Shown here piece by piece: positions 1 through 9,633 of a stretch of DNA of 64,000 bases. The notes beneath the pieces were generated by a model. That model was not told where the DNA came from and did not search any database. It saw only the letters and a list, made by a program, of their open reading frames with translations. This DNA comes from an uncultured Acidobacteriota bacterium. GTDB taxonomy: Bacteria > Acidobacteriota > Thermoanaerobaculia > Gp7-AA8. Within the stretch, counting starts at the first letter, position 1, and the number at the start of each line of letters is the position of its first letter. The DNA lies in contig CAVUKB010000010.1 in assembly GCA_963741955.1 (NCBI GenBank), positions 288,001 through 352,000 of the forward strand, written 5' to 3'. A program made the position numbers and the translations under genes.

Positions 1-153
1 CGGAGACGGATAGCGGCCTGTCTGCAGCGTTGCGCCCGGCTCCGGCTCCTCGACATAGTCCCCACTATGCCTTCGTTGCCGAAGCGGGGCGCGCCTTGCA
101 TCCAGGCCACTCTTCGCCTCCTCGCGACGAGAAGGCGTGAGAAATGCGGGTCA
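1..153. mobile_element. Palindromic MITE-like element family A, left end cut by the window edge
   Basis: Aligns closely with 12098..12250. Same central CATAGT-n4-ACTATG hairpin and right end GTGAGAAATGCGGGT. Confidence 0.75.
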
Positions 154-1407
154 ATCCGCATGCGCCTCCGTCACGCGGTGGTTGTTCTTCTCGAGCTCGG
201 CAGCCATGCTCTGGAGCTCCTGCAGCTTCCTGACCAGTTCGTAGTTGCCGTGCCACTGCACGAAGTCGGCACCTCCCATGAACGCGCCGTGTTTCGCCGT
301 CCGTCCGTCGTAGTGCCACATGTCGAAGTAGAGGTACTCGATCGGTTCGTCGAACGAAGCCTTGGTCAGGAGGCCTTTGGCGTAGAGGCGGTCCATGATC
401 GCGGTCGCTGCTTTGATGCGATCGTTGGTCGAGGCGACGACGGTCTCCGCGTCCTTGTAGAACTGGTCGATCCGCGGCTTGGTGTGGCACTTGAGACAGA
501 CTTCCTTCATGTTGACCTGACCCTGTTGCCAGGTCGGGCGTTTGTCGGAGACGGCTGCGAAGAGGAAGTACGAGAGCCGCTGGGTGACGTCATGGGTCAT
601 GCCGATCCCTTCGATCCCCGAGATGTGACAGGTGGCGCAGGTGGGAACCGGCATGTCGGCGGTGGTGAGCTTCGCCGCCGGAACGTCGAGCCGCATCCTC
701 TTGCGCTGGGCGTTGAAGAGGACGCCGTGCTTCGACTCGTGGTAGATCTCGATCTGAGAGTGGTCGGGTCCCATGTGGCACTGCCCGCACGTCTCGGGCA
801 GCCGCGCCAGTTCGATGGACGACGAGTGGCGGGCATGGCAGGCGGTACACGTGCCGATCGATCCGTCGGAGTTCGGTTTGCCGATCGCGTGGCACTTCTG
901 GCAGCCGTTCGTTCGTGCGATCGGCCCCTCCAGCATGCCCACCGCATTCCCGGCGCGGTTCACCGCGCCCGGATGGAACTGCTCGGAGAACGAGATCTCC
1001 TCCGGAGTGAAATCCTTCGGGCCCTCGACGGCGGCCCATGCCGGCGCGGCGTGCCGGCTCCGAAGAAACTGCCGGTACTGCTCGGAGTGGCATTGGGCGC
1101 AGTTCTGCGCGGTGAGGTTCTTCGCGATGGTGAATCCCTTGTGATCCATCGTCTCCTGGCCGGGGGTTCCCTTGTGGCAGTCGAGACAGTTCACGCCGCG
1201 CGCCGCGTGCCGGCTCATCTCGTATTCATGGACGGCGGCGGGAGTCTCCCGAGCGTGGCATTCCGCGCATTTTCCGCTCGCCCTCACCAGGGCAGCGTTC
1301 GGTTGCTGCACCTCGACACCAGGGCGGCGGCTGTTGAATACGAACGCCGCCACGAGAATTGCGGTGCCGATGAAGACGGCGATGAAGACGGCACGGAAAG
1401 ACCGCAT
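151..1407 (-). CDS. Octaheme cytochrome c, hydroxylamine oxidoreductase (HAO) family
   Basis: Eight CxxCH motifs (CAECH, CLDCH, CAQCH, CQKCH, CTACH, CGQCH, CATCH, CLKCH). HAO-type GPDHSQIEIYHESKHG motif and N-terminal hydrophobic signal/anchor. ATG 1407 with GGAGGGG RBS preferred over GTG 1422. Confidence 0.85.
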   Translation of the reverse strand: MRSFRAVFIAVFIGTAILVAAFVFNSRRPGVEVQQPNAALVRASGKCAECHARETPAAVHEYEMSRHAARGVNCLDCHKGTPGQETMDHKGFTIAKNLTAQNCAQCHSEQYRQFLRSRHAAPAWAAVEGPKDFTPEEISFSEQFHPGAVNRAGNAVGMLEGPIARTNGCQKCHAIGKPNSDGSIGTCTACHARHSSSIELARLPETCGQCHMGPDHSQIEIYHESKHGVLFNAQRKRMRLDVPAAKLTTADMPVPTCATCHISGIEGIGMTHDVTQRLSYFLFAAVSDKRPTWQQGQVNMKEVCLKCHTKPRIDQFYKDAETVVASTNDRIKAATAIMDRLYAKGLLTKASFDEPIEYLYFDMWHYDGRTAKHGAFMGGADFVQWHGNYELVRKLQELQSMAAELEKNNHRVTEAHAD

Positions 1408-1521
1408 GAGCTCCCCTCCCACTCGAGAATCGAGAGGAATCTATCACGGCTCGGCAGCGATCGCCGAGCGGCGGAACGGCCTTCATTTTGCACAATCCCA
1501 TGTGCATGAAAGGAGGCGTTC

Positions 1522-1677
1522 ATGCCGAAATCATGGAGCAATAAAGACGAGCGTCAGTACGAGCACGTGAAGGAAAGCGAGAAGAGAGAAGGACGCTCGA
1601 AGGAGCGGGCGAAAGAGATCGCCGCCCGCACGGTGAACAAGCAGCGGTCGAAAGAAGGACGAACCAAGAAGAGCTGA
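1522..1677 (+). CDS. 51-aa basic protein MPKSWSNKDERQYEHVKES...EIAARTVNKQR (N-terminal part of the so-called plasmid stabilization/Rho_N-associated family)
   Basis: Not in the ORF track (<60 aa). AGGAGG RBS, ATG 1522, TGA 1675-1677. RQYEH.KES and EIAARTVNK motifs recognised from memory. Confidence 0.75.
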   Translation: MPKSWSNKDERQYEHVKESEKREGRSKERAKEIAARTVNKQRSKEGRTKKS

Positions 1678-1791
1678 CCGCGGTGTGAAGTTGTGGGTTG
1701 CGAGTTGCCAGTTGCAGGCTCTGGTCCGGGTTCTCTGCCCGAGCGCGATTGATATCGAATATTTATCTTCGAAAGGAACCCGCAACCCACG

Positions 1792-3267
1792 TCACTCGAT
1801 CCATCCGCGCGCCCTCTCCACGGCGCGGTGCCACGTCTGCAGTTTCTCCTCCCGGGTCGCCGCGTCCATCGAGGGCTCGAATATCCGATCCGCCTTCCAC
1901 TGGCGGTCGATCTCCTGATCCGAGCTCCAGAAGCCGGTCGCGAGTCCGGCGAGGTAGGCGGCGCCGAGCGCGGTCGTCTCCGCCACGCGCGTGCGGACGA
2001 CCGGAATCCCGGCGAGGTCCGCCTGCATCTGCATCAGAAGATCGTTCGTCGAGGCGCCGCCGTCCACCCGGAGCTCGGCGAGCGTGATCCCCGAATCGCG
2101 TTGCATGGCCTCGAGGACGTCCGCGCTCTGCAGGGCGATCGATTCGAGCGTCGCCCGGGCGATGTGAGCGGCGGTCGACCCGCGCGTGAGCCCGAGGATC
2201 GTGCCGCGCGCGTGCGGATCCCAGTAGGGAGTCCCGAGGCCGGTGAAGGCCGGAACGAAGACCACTCCTCCACTGTCCGCGACGGTTGCCGCGAGCGGCT
2301 CGACGTCCGACGCGGTCCGGATGATCCCCAGCTCGTCGCGAAGCCATTGCACCGCGGCGCCGGTGATGAAGATGCTTCCTTCGAGTGCATACTCGAGTGA
2401 CCTCCCGTCGACTGCGGCGACGGTCGAGAGCAGCCCCTGACCGGAGCTGACCACTTCGGATCCCGTGTGCATCACCACGAACGAGCCGGTCCCGTACGTG
2501 TTCTTGGCCATCCCGGGGCGGGTGCAGCGCTGGCCGAAGAGAGCGGCCTGCTGATCGCCGGCGATTCCCGCGATCGGGATTCCTTCCGGAATCGGAAGGC
2601 CGGCCGCGGTCTCGCCGTACACCTCGCTCGATGAGCGGACTCCCGGAAGGAGGGCGCGCGGAACACCGAGGAGCGAGAGGAGCTCGTCGTCCCACTGACC
2701 GCGCCGGATGTCGAACATCAGCGTGCGCGATGCGTTCGTCGCATCCGTCACGTGGACTCCGCCGGTGAGCTTCCAGATCAGCCAGCTGTCGACCGTTCCG
2801 AATGCGAGCTCGCCGTGTGCCGCGCGCTCTCGCGCTCCCACGGTATGGTCGAGCAGCCACCTCAGTTTCGTTCCCGAGAAGTACGCGTCGAAGAGGAGGC
2901 CGGTCTTCTGACGGAAGAGCGGCTCGTGTCCCGCGGCCCGCAGCTCTTCGCACATCGGCGCGGTTCGCCGGTCCTGCCAGACGATCGCGTTCGCCACCGG
3001 ACGTCCGGTGGCTCGGTCCCACAACAGAGTCGTCTCGCGCTGATTGGTGATACCGATCGCGGTGATGTGCGGGTGACCGCCCTTTTCGAGAACCTCCGCC
3101 GCGACTTCGATCTGGCTCGACCAGATTTCTTCCGGATCATGCTCCACCCATCCGGGCCGGGAAAAGATCTGACGGAACTCGCGCCGGGCCACGTGCGCGA
3201 CGTTCCCTTCCGCGTCGAACACGATCGCGCGGCTGCTGGTGGTTCCCTGATCGAGTGCGAGAATCAT
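1792..3267 (-). CDS. glpK: Glycerol kinase
   Basis: [55 protein letters not shown] motifs. Confidence 0.96.
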   Translation of the reverse strand: MILALDQGTTSSRAIVFDAEGNVAHVARREFRQIFSRPGWVEHDPEEIWSSQIEVAAEVLEKGGHPHITAIGITNQRETTLLWDRATGRPVANAIVWQDRRTAPMCEELRAAGHEPLFRQKTGLLFDAYFSGTKLRWLLDHTVGARERAAHGELAFGTVDSWLIWKLTGGVHVTDATNASRTLMFDIRRGQWDDELLSLLGVPRALLPGVRSSSEVYGETAAGLPIPEGIPIAGIAGDQQAALFGQRCTRPGMAKNTYGTGSFVVMHTGSEVVSSGQGLLSTVAAVDGRSLEYALEGSIFITGAAVQWLRDELGIIRTASDVEPLAATVADSGGVVFVPAFTGLGTPYWDPHARGTILGLTRGSTAAHIARATLESIALQSADVLEAMQRDSGITLAELRVDGGASTNDLLMQMQADLAGIPVVRTRVAETTALGAAYLAGLATGFWSSDQEIDRQWKADRIFEPSMDAATREEKLQTWHRAVERARGWIE

Positions 3268-3355
3268 TGCGAGTTGCGAGTTGCGAGTATTTTATTGTGG
3301 TCGCCCGTTGAACCGGCAACCGGCCACGCGCAACTCCTGGCCCGGGCATGAATAC

Positions 3356-3943
3356 TCAGCGTCCCGCGATCACGTCCAGCTCCTCGACCAGCTCCCGAAG
3401 TTGCGAGAGGCGGAACTCTTCCGGATCCTGAATCAGGCGGTCGAGCGGTTCCGGAGCGAATCCGAACGCTCGGAGCTGTGCGCGCAGTTTGACCGCTTCG
3501 ATCCGCAGGCTCCTCGGCTCGTGCGGCAGCGGCTCGGGAGGAGCCTCGGGGGGGCGGTACGGCTCCCTCTCGATCGCGCGAGCCCGTTCTTCGGCTTTTT
3601 CTCGAAGTGCCGCAATCCGCGCCTGCAGGTACGTCGGGAGAGCGGTCTCTCTTCCGAGCTCTTCGACTGCGCCGGTGATGGTCGCCATCGGATCCTCGAA
3701 AACCTCGGCGTCCTCGGGCGGCAGCTCGTCCACCGCGGCTCGAAGGTCACCGAGAGCGAACTCGACGTCGCTCAGTGTGCGGCGCGAAAGATCGCCGGCC
3801 ATCGCCTGCACCGCATTCCGGAGCACGTTCACCGCAACCCGGATCTGCATGGCGAACGCGTCCGCGACGGCGGCGGCGGCCGCGGCGAGCCGGTCGGTCG
3901 CCTCATTGAGTCTGCTCGTGGTTCCCGCATCGAGCGATGTCAT
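3356..3943 (-). CDS. Hypothetical alpha-helical protein
   Basis: 195-aa ORF with host-like codon usage, GGAGG RBS and Ala/Glu/Leu-rich helical composition. Confidence 0.7.
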   Translation of the reverse strand: MTSLDAGTTSRLNEATDRLAAAAAAVADAFAMQIRVAVNVLRNAVQAMAGDLSRRTLSDVEFALGDLRAAVDELPPEDAEVFEDPMATITGAVEELGRETALPTYLQARIAALREKAEERARAIEREPYRPPEAPPEPLPHEPRSLRIEAVKLRAQLRAFGFAPEPLDRLIQDPEEFRLSQLRELVEELDVIAGR

Positions 3944-3962
3944 GAAGAAGCCTCCAAAAGCA

Positions 3963-4176
3963 TCGATGATCGAGTATCGAGGATCGAGGATCTGAAAAAC
4001 ATCTCAGATCGATGATCGAGTATCGAGGATCGAGGATCTGAAAAACATCTCAGATCGAATATCGAGTATCGAGGATCGAGGATCTGAAAAACATCTCAGA
4101 TCGAATATCGAGTATCGAGGATCGAGGATCTGAAAAACATCTCAGATCGAGTATCGAATATCGAGTATCGAGTATC
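3963..4176 (+). repeat. Tandem array of four 46-bp units: GATCTGAAAAACATCTCA plus four GATCGAG/TATCGAG-type heptamers
   Basis: GATCTGAAAAACATC starts at 3989, 4035, 4081 and 4127. Confidence 0.9.
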
Positions 4177-4342
4177 CAGGACCGCGTTTCCAGGATCGAG
4201 TGAAGTTAGCTTGTATTTTTCTGCGCTCCGGAAAGTTCTGTCTGCGGATCACTTTGGAGAATAATATTCTTCTAAATGACACATATCCAGAATAATATTC
4301 TCCAAATACCGCCATTTAACAACGATCCTGCGTAGCCTCGGT

Positions 4343-4557
4343 GATCCACGATGTCTTTCAGATCCTCGATCCTCGATCCGCGATCCACGATGCCTTTCAG
4401 ATCCTCGATCCGCGATCCACGATGCCTTTCAGATCCTCAATCCACGATCCACGATCCACGATGTCTTTCAGATCCTCGATCCACGATCCACGATCCACGA
4501 TGCCTTTCAGATCCACGATCCTCGATCCACGATGTCTTTCAGATCCGCGATGCTGTT
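4343..4557 (-). repeat. Tandem array of six units (GATGYCTTTCA plus 3-4 GATCCWC heptamers), the reverse complement of the 3963 array motif
   Basis: Cores at 4350, 4389, 4421, 4460, 4499 and 4531 (periods 39 or 32). Confidence 0.9.
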
Positions 4558-4992
4558 TCATCTCGTCGCGATGACGCGGGGCTCGACCAGGCGCTCGAAA
4601 TCGCGCCAGGCGATCCGGATCCATTGGGAGCGGTCGCCGGGGTGGAAGACGATCTCTTCCTGGCCGGCCACCGCCGGGTCGGCATACACCTCGACGCCCG
4701 CGAAGTTCCCGAAGGGAGGAATCGCGTCCGGATCGCAGCCGGGGAAAATCACGCGACACTCCGACTCGTCGGCGATGCGTACCCGCATCGTGCCGACGAT
4801 GAAGCGGAGATCCTCGAGCGAGAACGGTCGCGAGGCAGGAACGACCACCATCCCCGGACGGCCATCGATCTCGACCACCACGGTGCGCAGCGCGTTCCGG
4901 ACGCTCTCACCCGAACGGAGAGAGGATGTCCGGCTGACGGCGTAGCCGACGTTGTGCCGATCGAGGTACGCGGTGATCTTCTCCAGAAACAT
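4558..4992 (-). CDS. YbaK/EbsC (prolyl-tRNA editing-like) family protein
   Basis: Size and the FPGCDPDAIPPFGN motif. The usual catalytic Lys motif appears as LRTVVV. Confidence 0.8.
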   Translation of the reverse strand: MFLEKITAYLDRHNVGYAVSRTSSLRSGESVRNALRTVVVEIDGRPGMVVVPASRPFSLEDLRFIVGTMRVRIADESECRVIFPGCDPDAIPPFGNFAGVEVYADPAVAGQEEIVFHPGDRSQWIRIAWRDFERLVEPRVIATR

Positions 4993-5255
4993 CTCTCCTC
5001 CCGTTTGCGCGCTTCCCGCAAAGTTAAGTCCGCCACGAATCGGCGGCAGCGTCAGCGGTCACGAGCGAGAAGGTCGGAAAGGGGCCAGAGCCCGAGCCCC
5101 GAGCCCCGAACCTCGAGCCTCGAGCCCCGCGCCTCTCCCCAGTCACGCTCCTCTGTGATGCGTGACATGGCCCCGGCCCGAGCACGATGAACATAATCGG
5201 ATCGCGCCCCTTCCGAACCTCTCCCGTCGCGGTCCGGGCGCGAATGGAGTCCGCA

Positions 5256-7472
5256 ATGATGGAAATGACCCTCTACGGACGCGGCGGACAGGGAGGCGTG
5301 ACCCTCGCGAAACTGATCGCGACGGCCTACTTCCTCCGCGGCAAGTACTCTCAGGCCTTCGGAGTCTATGCGGCCGAGCGCTCCGGCGCGCCGATTCAGG
5401 CTTATGTCCGGATCGACGACACGGAGATCACGAATCACAACCAGATCCGCGAGCCCGATCACGTGATCGTGCTCGACCCCACGCTGATCGCTCCCGGCAT
5501 CCTCGCCGGACTCGATCCGGAGGGGTGGATCATCCTGAATACACCGCGCTCACCTGCGGCCTGGGAGAGTCTCTTCCCCGGACGGCGGGTCGCGACCATC
5601 GACGCAACCGGGATCGCAGTGGAAAAAGGTCTCGGAACGCGGGCGGTTCCGATCGTCAACACGACGATGATGGGCGCCATCGCGAAGATCTTCGGAGTCA
5701 CTCTCGAAGAAGTCCGCGCGACGTTCGGCGAGCTGAAGTTCGGCGGAGCGAATCTCGACGCCGCCGAGGCCGCGTGGAACGAGGTGTCGATGCTGCAGCT
5801 TCCCGGTACGGCGGAGAAGACGACCCCTGTGCCGGTCGCCTCGCGGGTCGCGAGCATTCTCGACGAAGACGTCGGCGGACCACCGCGGATCCGGACCGGC
5901 TCGTGGGCGACGCGGCGTCCCGACCGTCGAACTCTCACCCCTCCCTGCAATCACAGTTGTCCCGCGGGAAACGACGTGCAGAGCTTCATCGAATCGGCGG
6001 CGCACGGAGAGTTCGACGAAGCACTTCGGACGCTCCTCGAGACGAATCCACTCCCCGGAGTCTGCGGCAGAGTCTGTCCGGCTCCGTGCATGGCGGGCTG
6101 CAACCGCATCGCGTGGGACGAGGGGATCAACGTCCGTGGGCTGGAGCGCTATGCAGCGGATCACGGCTCGTGGCCCGACACCACCTCGCCCTGGCGGCGC
6201 GAGCGCGTCGCGGTGGTCGGTTCTGGTCCGGCCGGCCTGAGTGCCGGATATCAGCTCGCCCGGCTCGGCTACCACGTCACACTCTTCGAAGCGGCGAGTG
6301 AGCTCGGAGGAGTTCTCCGCAACGGAATCCCGGACTATCGGCTCCCGAAAGAGGTCATCGATCGGGAGATCGGATTCATTCTGATGCACGGGCTGACCGT
6401 CTACACCGATTCGTTCATCGACCGGAGCGAGCTCCTTCGCCTGACCCGGCAGTACGCGGCCGTCTTCGTTGCAACGGGACTGCAGAGCGCACGTTCTCTC
6501 GACCTCGGAGCACCCGGAGTCGTGGCGCAGGGGATCGATTTTCTCGACCAGGTGCACCGCGGCGAGATCTCGTTGAAAGGTGAGCGAGTGATCGTGGTGG
6601 GCGGGGGGAACACCGCCATCGACGCGGCGCGCTCCTCACGACGACTCGGTGCATCCGAGGTCACCATCCTCTACCGGCGGAGCCGGGCCGAGATGCCTGC
6701 GATCGAAGAGGAGATCGACGCCGCGCTGGAGGAGGGGATCGAGCTCCGCGAGCTCGCGCTTCCTCTGGTGGTCAACCGCGAGCCGGACGGAGAGCATCTG
6801 ATGACCTGCGTCCAAATGAAGCTCGCCGAGCCGGACGAGAGCGGGCGGCGCCGTCCCGTGGTGGACGATCGTCCCGATGCACAGTTCATCATTCCCTGCG
6901 ATCGGGTCATCCTCGCCCTCGGGCAGTCGGCCGACCTCTCCATCATCGGAGAGGGAGGGGAGATCCGCGAGAACGGAGCGCTTCTCGGGCTCGCCGAAGC
7001 TCCGGTCTTCGTGGGTGGGGATTTCGGGACGAACGAAGGAACGGTCACCGCGGCGATCGGAAACGGCCGCCGCGCCGCGTGGCACATCCACCGGGCGCTC
7101 ACGGGCGAAGATCTCTTCCCGAAGGTCGAGCCACCGCGGGTGGCCGGCGGCGAGGATCTCCACGTGCAGCTCTTCCCGCACGCGGGACGCGAGAACGGTG
7201 CGGTGCTCGATCCCGAAGTCCGGCAGCGTGGCTTCATGGAAGTGCACGCGGGGCTCGACGATGCGATCGGAGCGGCGATGAGCGAAGCGCAGCGCTGCTT
7301 CAGCTGCGGCGTCTGCAACGACTGCGATCGCTGCATCACCTACTGTCCGGAAGGGATACTCGCCAGGAACGGTGACGGCGAATATCTCTTCAACTACGAC
7401 TACTGCAAAGGATGCGGAATCTGCGCCTCGGAATGTCCGCGCGGTGTCGTGTTCATGTCGGAGCTCGCCTGA
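5256..7472 (+). CDS. Fusion of 2-oxoacid:acceptor oxidoreductase gamma subunit, GltD/DsrL-like FAD/NAD(P)H oxidoreductase and C-terminal 2x[4Fe-4S] (delta-like) domain
   Basis: YGRGGQGGVT and AERSGAP (gamma). TPPCNHSCPAG, CGRVCPAPC, GSGPAGL, GGGNTAID and YRRS (GltD-like). CFSCGVCNDCDRCITYCP and CKGCGICASECP. ATG 5256 follows GGAG. Confidence 0.88.
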   Translation: MMEMTLYGRGGQGGVTLAKLIATAYFLRGKYSQAFGVYAAERSGAPIQAYVRIDDTEITNHNQIREPDHVIVLDPTLIAPGILAGLDPEGWIILNTPRSPAAWESLFPGRRVATIDATGIAVEKGLGTRAVPIVNTTMMGAIAKIFGVTLEEVRATFGELKFGGANLDAAEAAWNEVSMLQLPGTAEKTTPVPVASRVASILDEDVGGPPRIRTGSWATRRPDRRTLTPPCNHSCPAGNDVQSFIESAAHGEFDEALRTLLETNPLPGVCGRVCPAPCMAGCNRIAWDEGINVRGLERYAADHGSWPDTTSPWRRERVAVVGSGPAGLSAGYQLARLGYHVTLFEAASELGGVLRNGIPDYRLPKEVIDREIGFILMHGLTVYTDSFIDRSELLRLTRQYAAVFVATGLQSARSLDLGAPGVVAQGIDFLDQVHRGEISLKGERVIVVGGGNTAIDAARSSRRLGASEVTILYRRSRAEMPAIEEEIDAALEEGIELRELALPLVVNREPDGEHLMTCVQMKLAEPDESGRRRPVVDDRPDAQFIIPCDRVILALGQSADLSIIGEGGEIRENGALLGLAEAPVFVGGDFGTNEGTVTAAIGNGRRAAWHIHRALTGEDLFPKVEPPRVAGGEDLHVQLFPHAGRENGAVLDPEVRQRGFMEVHAGLDDAIGAAMSEAQRCFSCGVCNDCDRCITYCPEGILARNGDGEYLFNYDYCKGCGICASECPRGVVFMSELA

Positions 7473-7495
7473 GGCCAGCCGACGGAGGAAAACGA

Positions 7496-8668
7496 ATGGC
7501 ACGCACACTTTGTACCGGGAACTACGCGGCGGGGCATGCCCTCGCCGTGGCGGGCGAGGCGAACCGTCTCGCGCGCGGCTGCGCCGGAGGCGCTTACCCC
7601 ATCACTCCGCAGACCGAGATCATCGAATATCTTCGAGCGTTTCCTTTCAGCAAGGGACGGGTGGTACCGGTGGAGTCGGAGCACAGCGCGATGGGCGTCT
7701 GCATCGGTGCCTCTCTCGCCGGGGCCAGGTCTTTCACCGCGAGCTCGTCGAACGGGCTCGCGTACATGACCGAGAACGTCTTCGCCGCGGGCTACTACCG
7801 TCTGCCGATCGTCCTCATCGCGGTGAACCGGACCCTCGGGCCGCCCTGGAACATCTGGGTGGACCAGGGAGACAGTCTCGCGCTGCGGGATGCGGCGTGG
7901 CTGCAGTTCTACACCGAGTCGCATCAGGACCTCGCGGATACCGTCCTGCTGGCGTTCCGGGTGGCGGAGGATTCGAAAATCCTTCTGCCGGCGATCGTCG
8001 CGCTGGACGGGTTCGTCACCTCGCACACCCAGATGGTGGTCGATCTCCCGGAACAGGGGCTGGTCGACGGCTATCTCCCGGCGTGCTCCGTGCCGCACGG
8101 GCTGCGGCATGACCGCCCCTCCACGGTCGGAGGGTTGACCTGGCCGCGCGAGACCGAGCACCACCGCCGGGAGATTCAGGAGGCGATGGAACGAGTGCCC
8201 GAGGTACTGGACCGTGCGATCGACGAATTCGAGATCGTCTTCGGTCGGCGTCCGGACGGGGCGGTGACCAGCGAATGGACCGAGGATGCCGAGACGGTTC
8301 TCATCGCGACGAACACCATGGCGTCCACTCTCCGGGACGTGGTGCGCGAGCGCCGGAGCCGAGGTGAGAAGGTCGGGATGATCAAACTGAAGATGTTCCG
8401 GCCATTCCCGCGCGCCGAGATCCTTCGCGCAATCGGTCCGGCGAAGAGAGTGGGAGTGCTCGATCGCAATCACTCCCCGGGATCGGGAGGGATTTTCTGG
8501 AACGAAGTCGCCACGTCGCTGCGACAGCGGCCGGACGTCCTGGTTCAGGACTATCTGGTCGGGCTCGGCGGTGGAGACGTGACCCCTGAAGTGATCGGCG
8601 GAATCATCGACGATCTCAGCGGCCGGACCGAATCGGCCGATCCGCTCTGGAAGGAGGTGGCGGTATGA
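7496..8668 (+). CDS. porA: Pyruvate/2-oxoacid:ferredoxin oxidoreductase alpha subunit
   Basis: YPITPQTEI, VESEHSA, FTASSSNGL, FRPFP, GLGGGDVT. ATG 7496 with GGAGG RBS. Confidence 0.9.
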   Translation: MARTLCTGNYAAGHALAVAGEANRLARGCAGGAYPITPQTEIIEYLRAFPFSKGRVVPVESEHSAMGVCIGASLAGARSFTASSSNGLAYMTENVFAAGYYRLPIVLIAVNRTLGPPWNIWVDQGDSLALRDAAWLQFYTESHQDLADTVLLAFRVAEDSKILLPAIVALDGFVTSHTQMVVDLPEQGLVDGYLPACSVPHGLRHDRPSTVGGLTWPRETEHHRREIQEAMERVPEVLDRAIDEFEIVFGRRPDGAVTSEWTEDAETVLIATNTMASTLRDVVRERRSRGEKVGMIKLKMFRPFPRAEILRAIGPAKRVGVLDRNHSPGSGGIFWNEVATSLRQRPDVLVQDYLVGLGGGDVTPEVIGGIIDDLSGRTESADPLWKEVAV

Positions 8669-9552
8669 GCGCCATCGCAATCGAAAGCCCCAATCCCGAC
8701 GCCCTTCTTCGTGCAGGAAACACCAACTGCGCCGGCTGCGGGATGTCGATCGGTCTGAAGTGGCTCGGAGAAGCGCTGGCCACCGACAGGCCTTACCTCT
8801 CGATCCCGGCCTGCTGCGGCATCGTGACTGCCGGGGCGTTTCCGACCAGCTCCTACGGAGTCCCGACCGCCGCCACGACGTTCGCCAGTGCCCCCGCGGT
8901 GGCGAGTGGCATCACCACCGTCGCGGCGCTGAACGGGGAGAAACATCCGGTGGTGGTCTGGGCCGGCGACGGCGGGACGTACGACATCGGTATCGCCACC
9001 CTCTCGGCGGCCGCCGAGCGCGACGAAGAGATGATCTACATCTGCTACGACAACGAGATCTACGGCAACACCGGAGGTCAGCGCAGCAGCGCGACTCCCG
9101 AAGGCGCGGTGACGACCACCACTCCGAAGGGAAAGAGTGAGCGGAAGAAGGACATCATGGCCATCATGGCCGCGCACCGGATTCCGTATGCCGCGACTCT
9201 GTCGGTCGCCCACCGCGACGACTTCATGCGCAAGATGGAGCTCGCGCGGACGACGAAGGGGTTCCGCTTTCTCCTGATGCTCTCGCCCTGTCCGACCGGA
9301 TGGAAGTCGTCACCCGACGAGAGCGTGGAACTGATCGACACGGCCGTCCGCTCGGGCCTCTTCCCGCTGTACGAAGTCTTCGGAGGAGAACGTTACCGGA
9401 TCAACGCCCGCCCCGACGGAACGCCGGTCGAGGAGTATCTCTCCAGGCAGCGCCGCTACTCCGGTTCGGCGCTGGCGCCCGATCTGGTGCGGGAGAGAAT
9501 CGCCACCCAGTGGGCGTATCTCGAAGCGATGGAGAAGGCGTTCCCGGTGTGA
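8665..9552 (+). CDS. porB: 2-oxoacid:ferredoxin oxidoreductase beta subunit (TPP-binding)
   Basis: CAGCG, GDGGTYDIG...YDNEIYGNTGGQRS, SPCPTGW. ATGA overlap with the alpha gene. Confidence 0.9.
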   Translation: MSAIAIESPNPDALLRAGNTNCAGCGMSIGLKWLGEALATDRPYLSIPACCGIVTAGAFPTSSYGVPTAATTFASAPAVASGITTVAALNGEKHPVVVWAGDGGTYDIGIATLSAAAERDEEMIYICYDNEIYGNTGGQRSSATPEGAVTTTTPKGKSERKKDIMAIMAAHRIPYAATLSVAHRDDFMRKMELARTTKGFRFLLMLSPCPTGWKSSPDESVELIDTAVRSGLFPLYEVFGGERYRINARPDGTPVEEYLSRQRRYSGSALAPDLVRERIATQWAYLEAMEKAFPV

Positions 9553-9633
9553 GGTGACAGGAGCCTCATCCGGCAGCGATTCTGCATGCCCGCTCACCGG
9601 CTCGCGTGAAACCGAAACCGGAGGAGAGTGAAG

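Noticed and set aside
3963-4557. CRISPR array or chromosomal oriC
   Set aside because: The spacers are heptamer repeats rather than unique sequences. I saw no DnaA-box cluster and no dnaA, rep or par genes.
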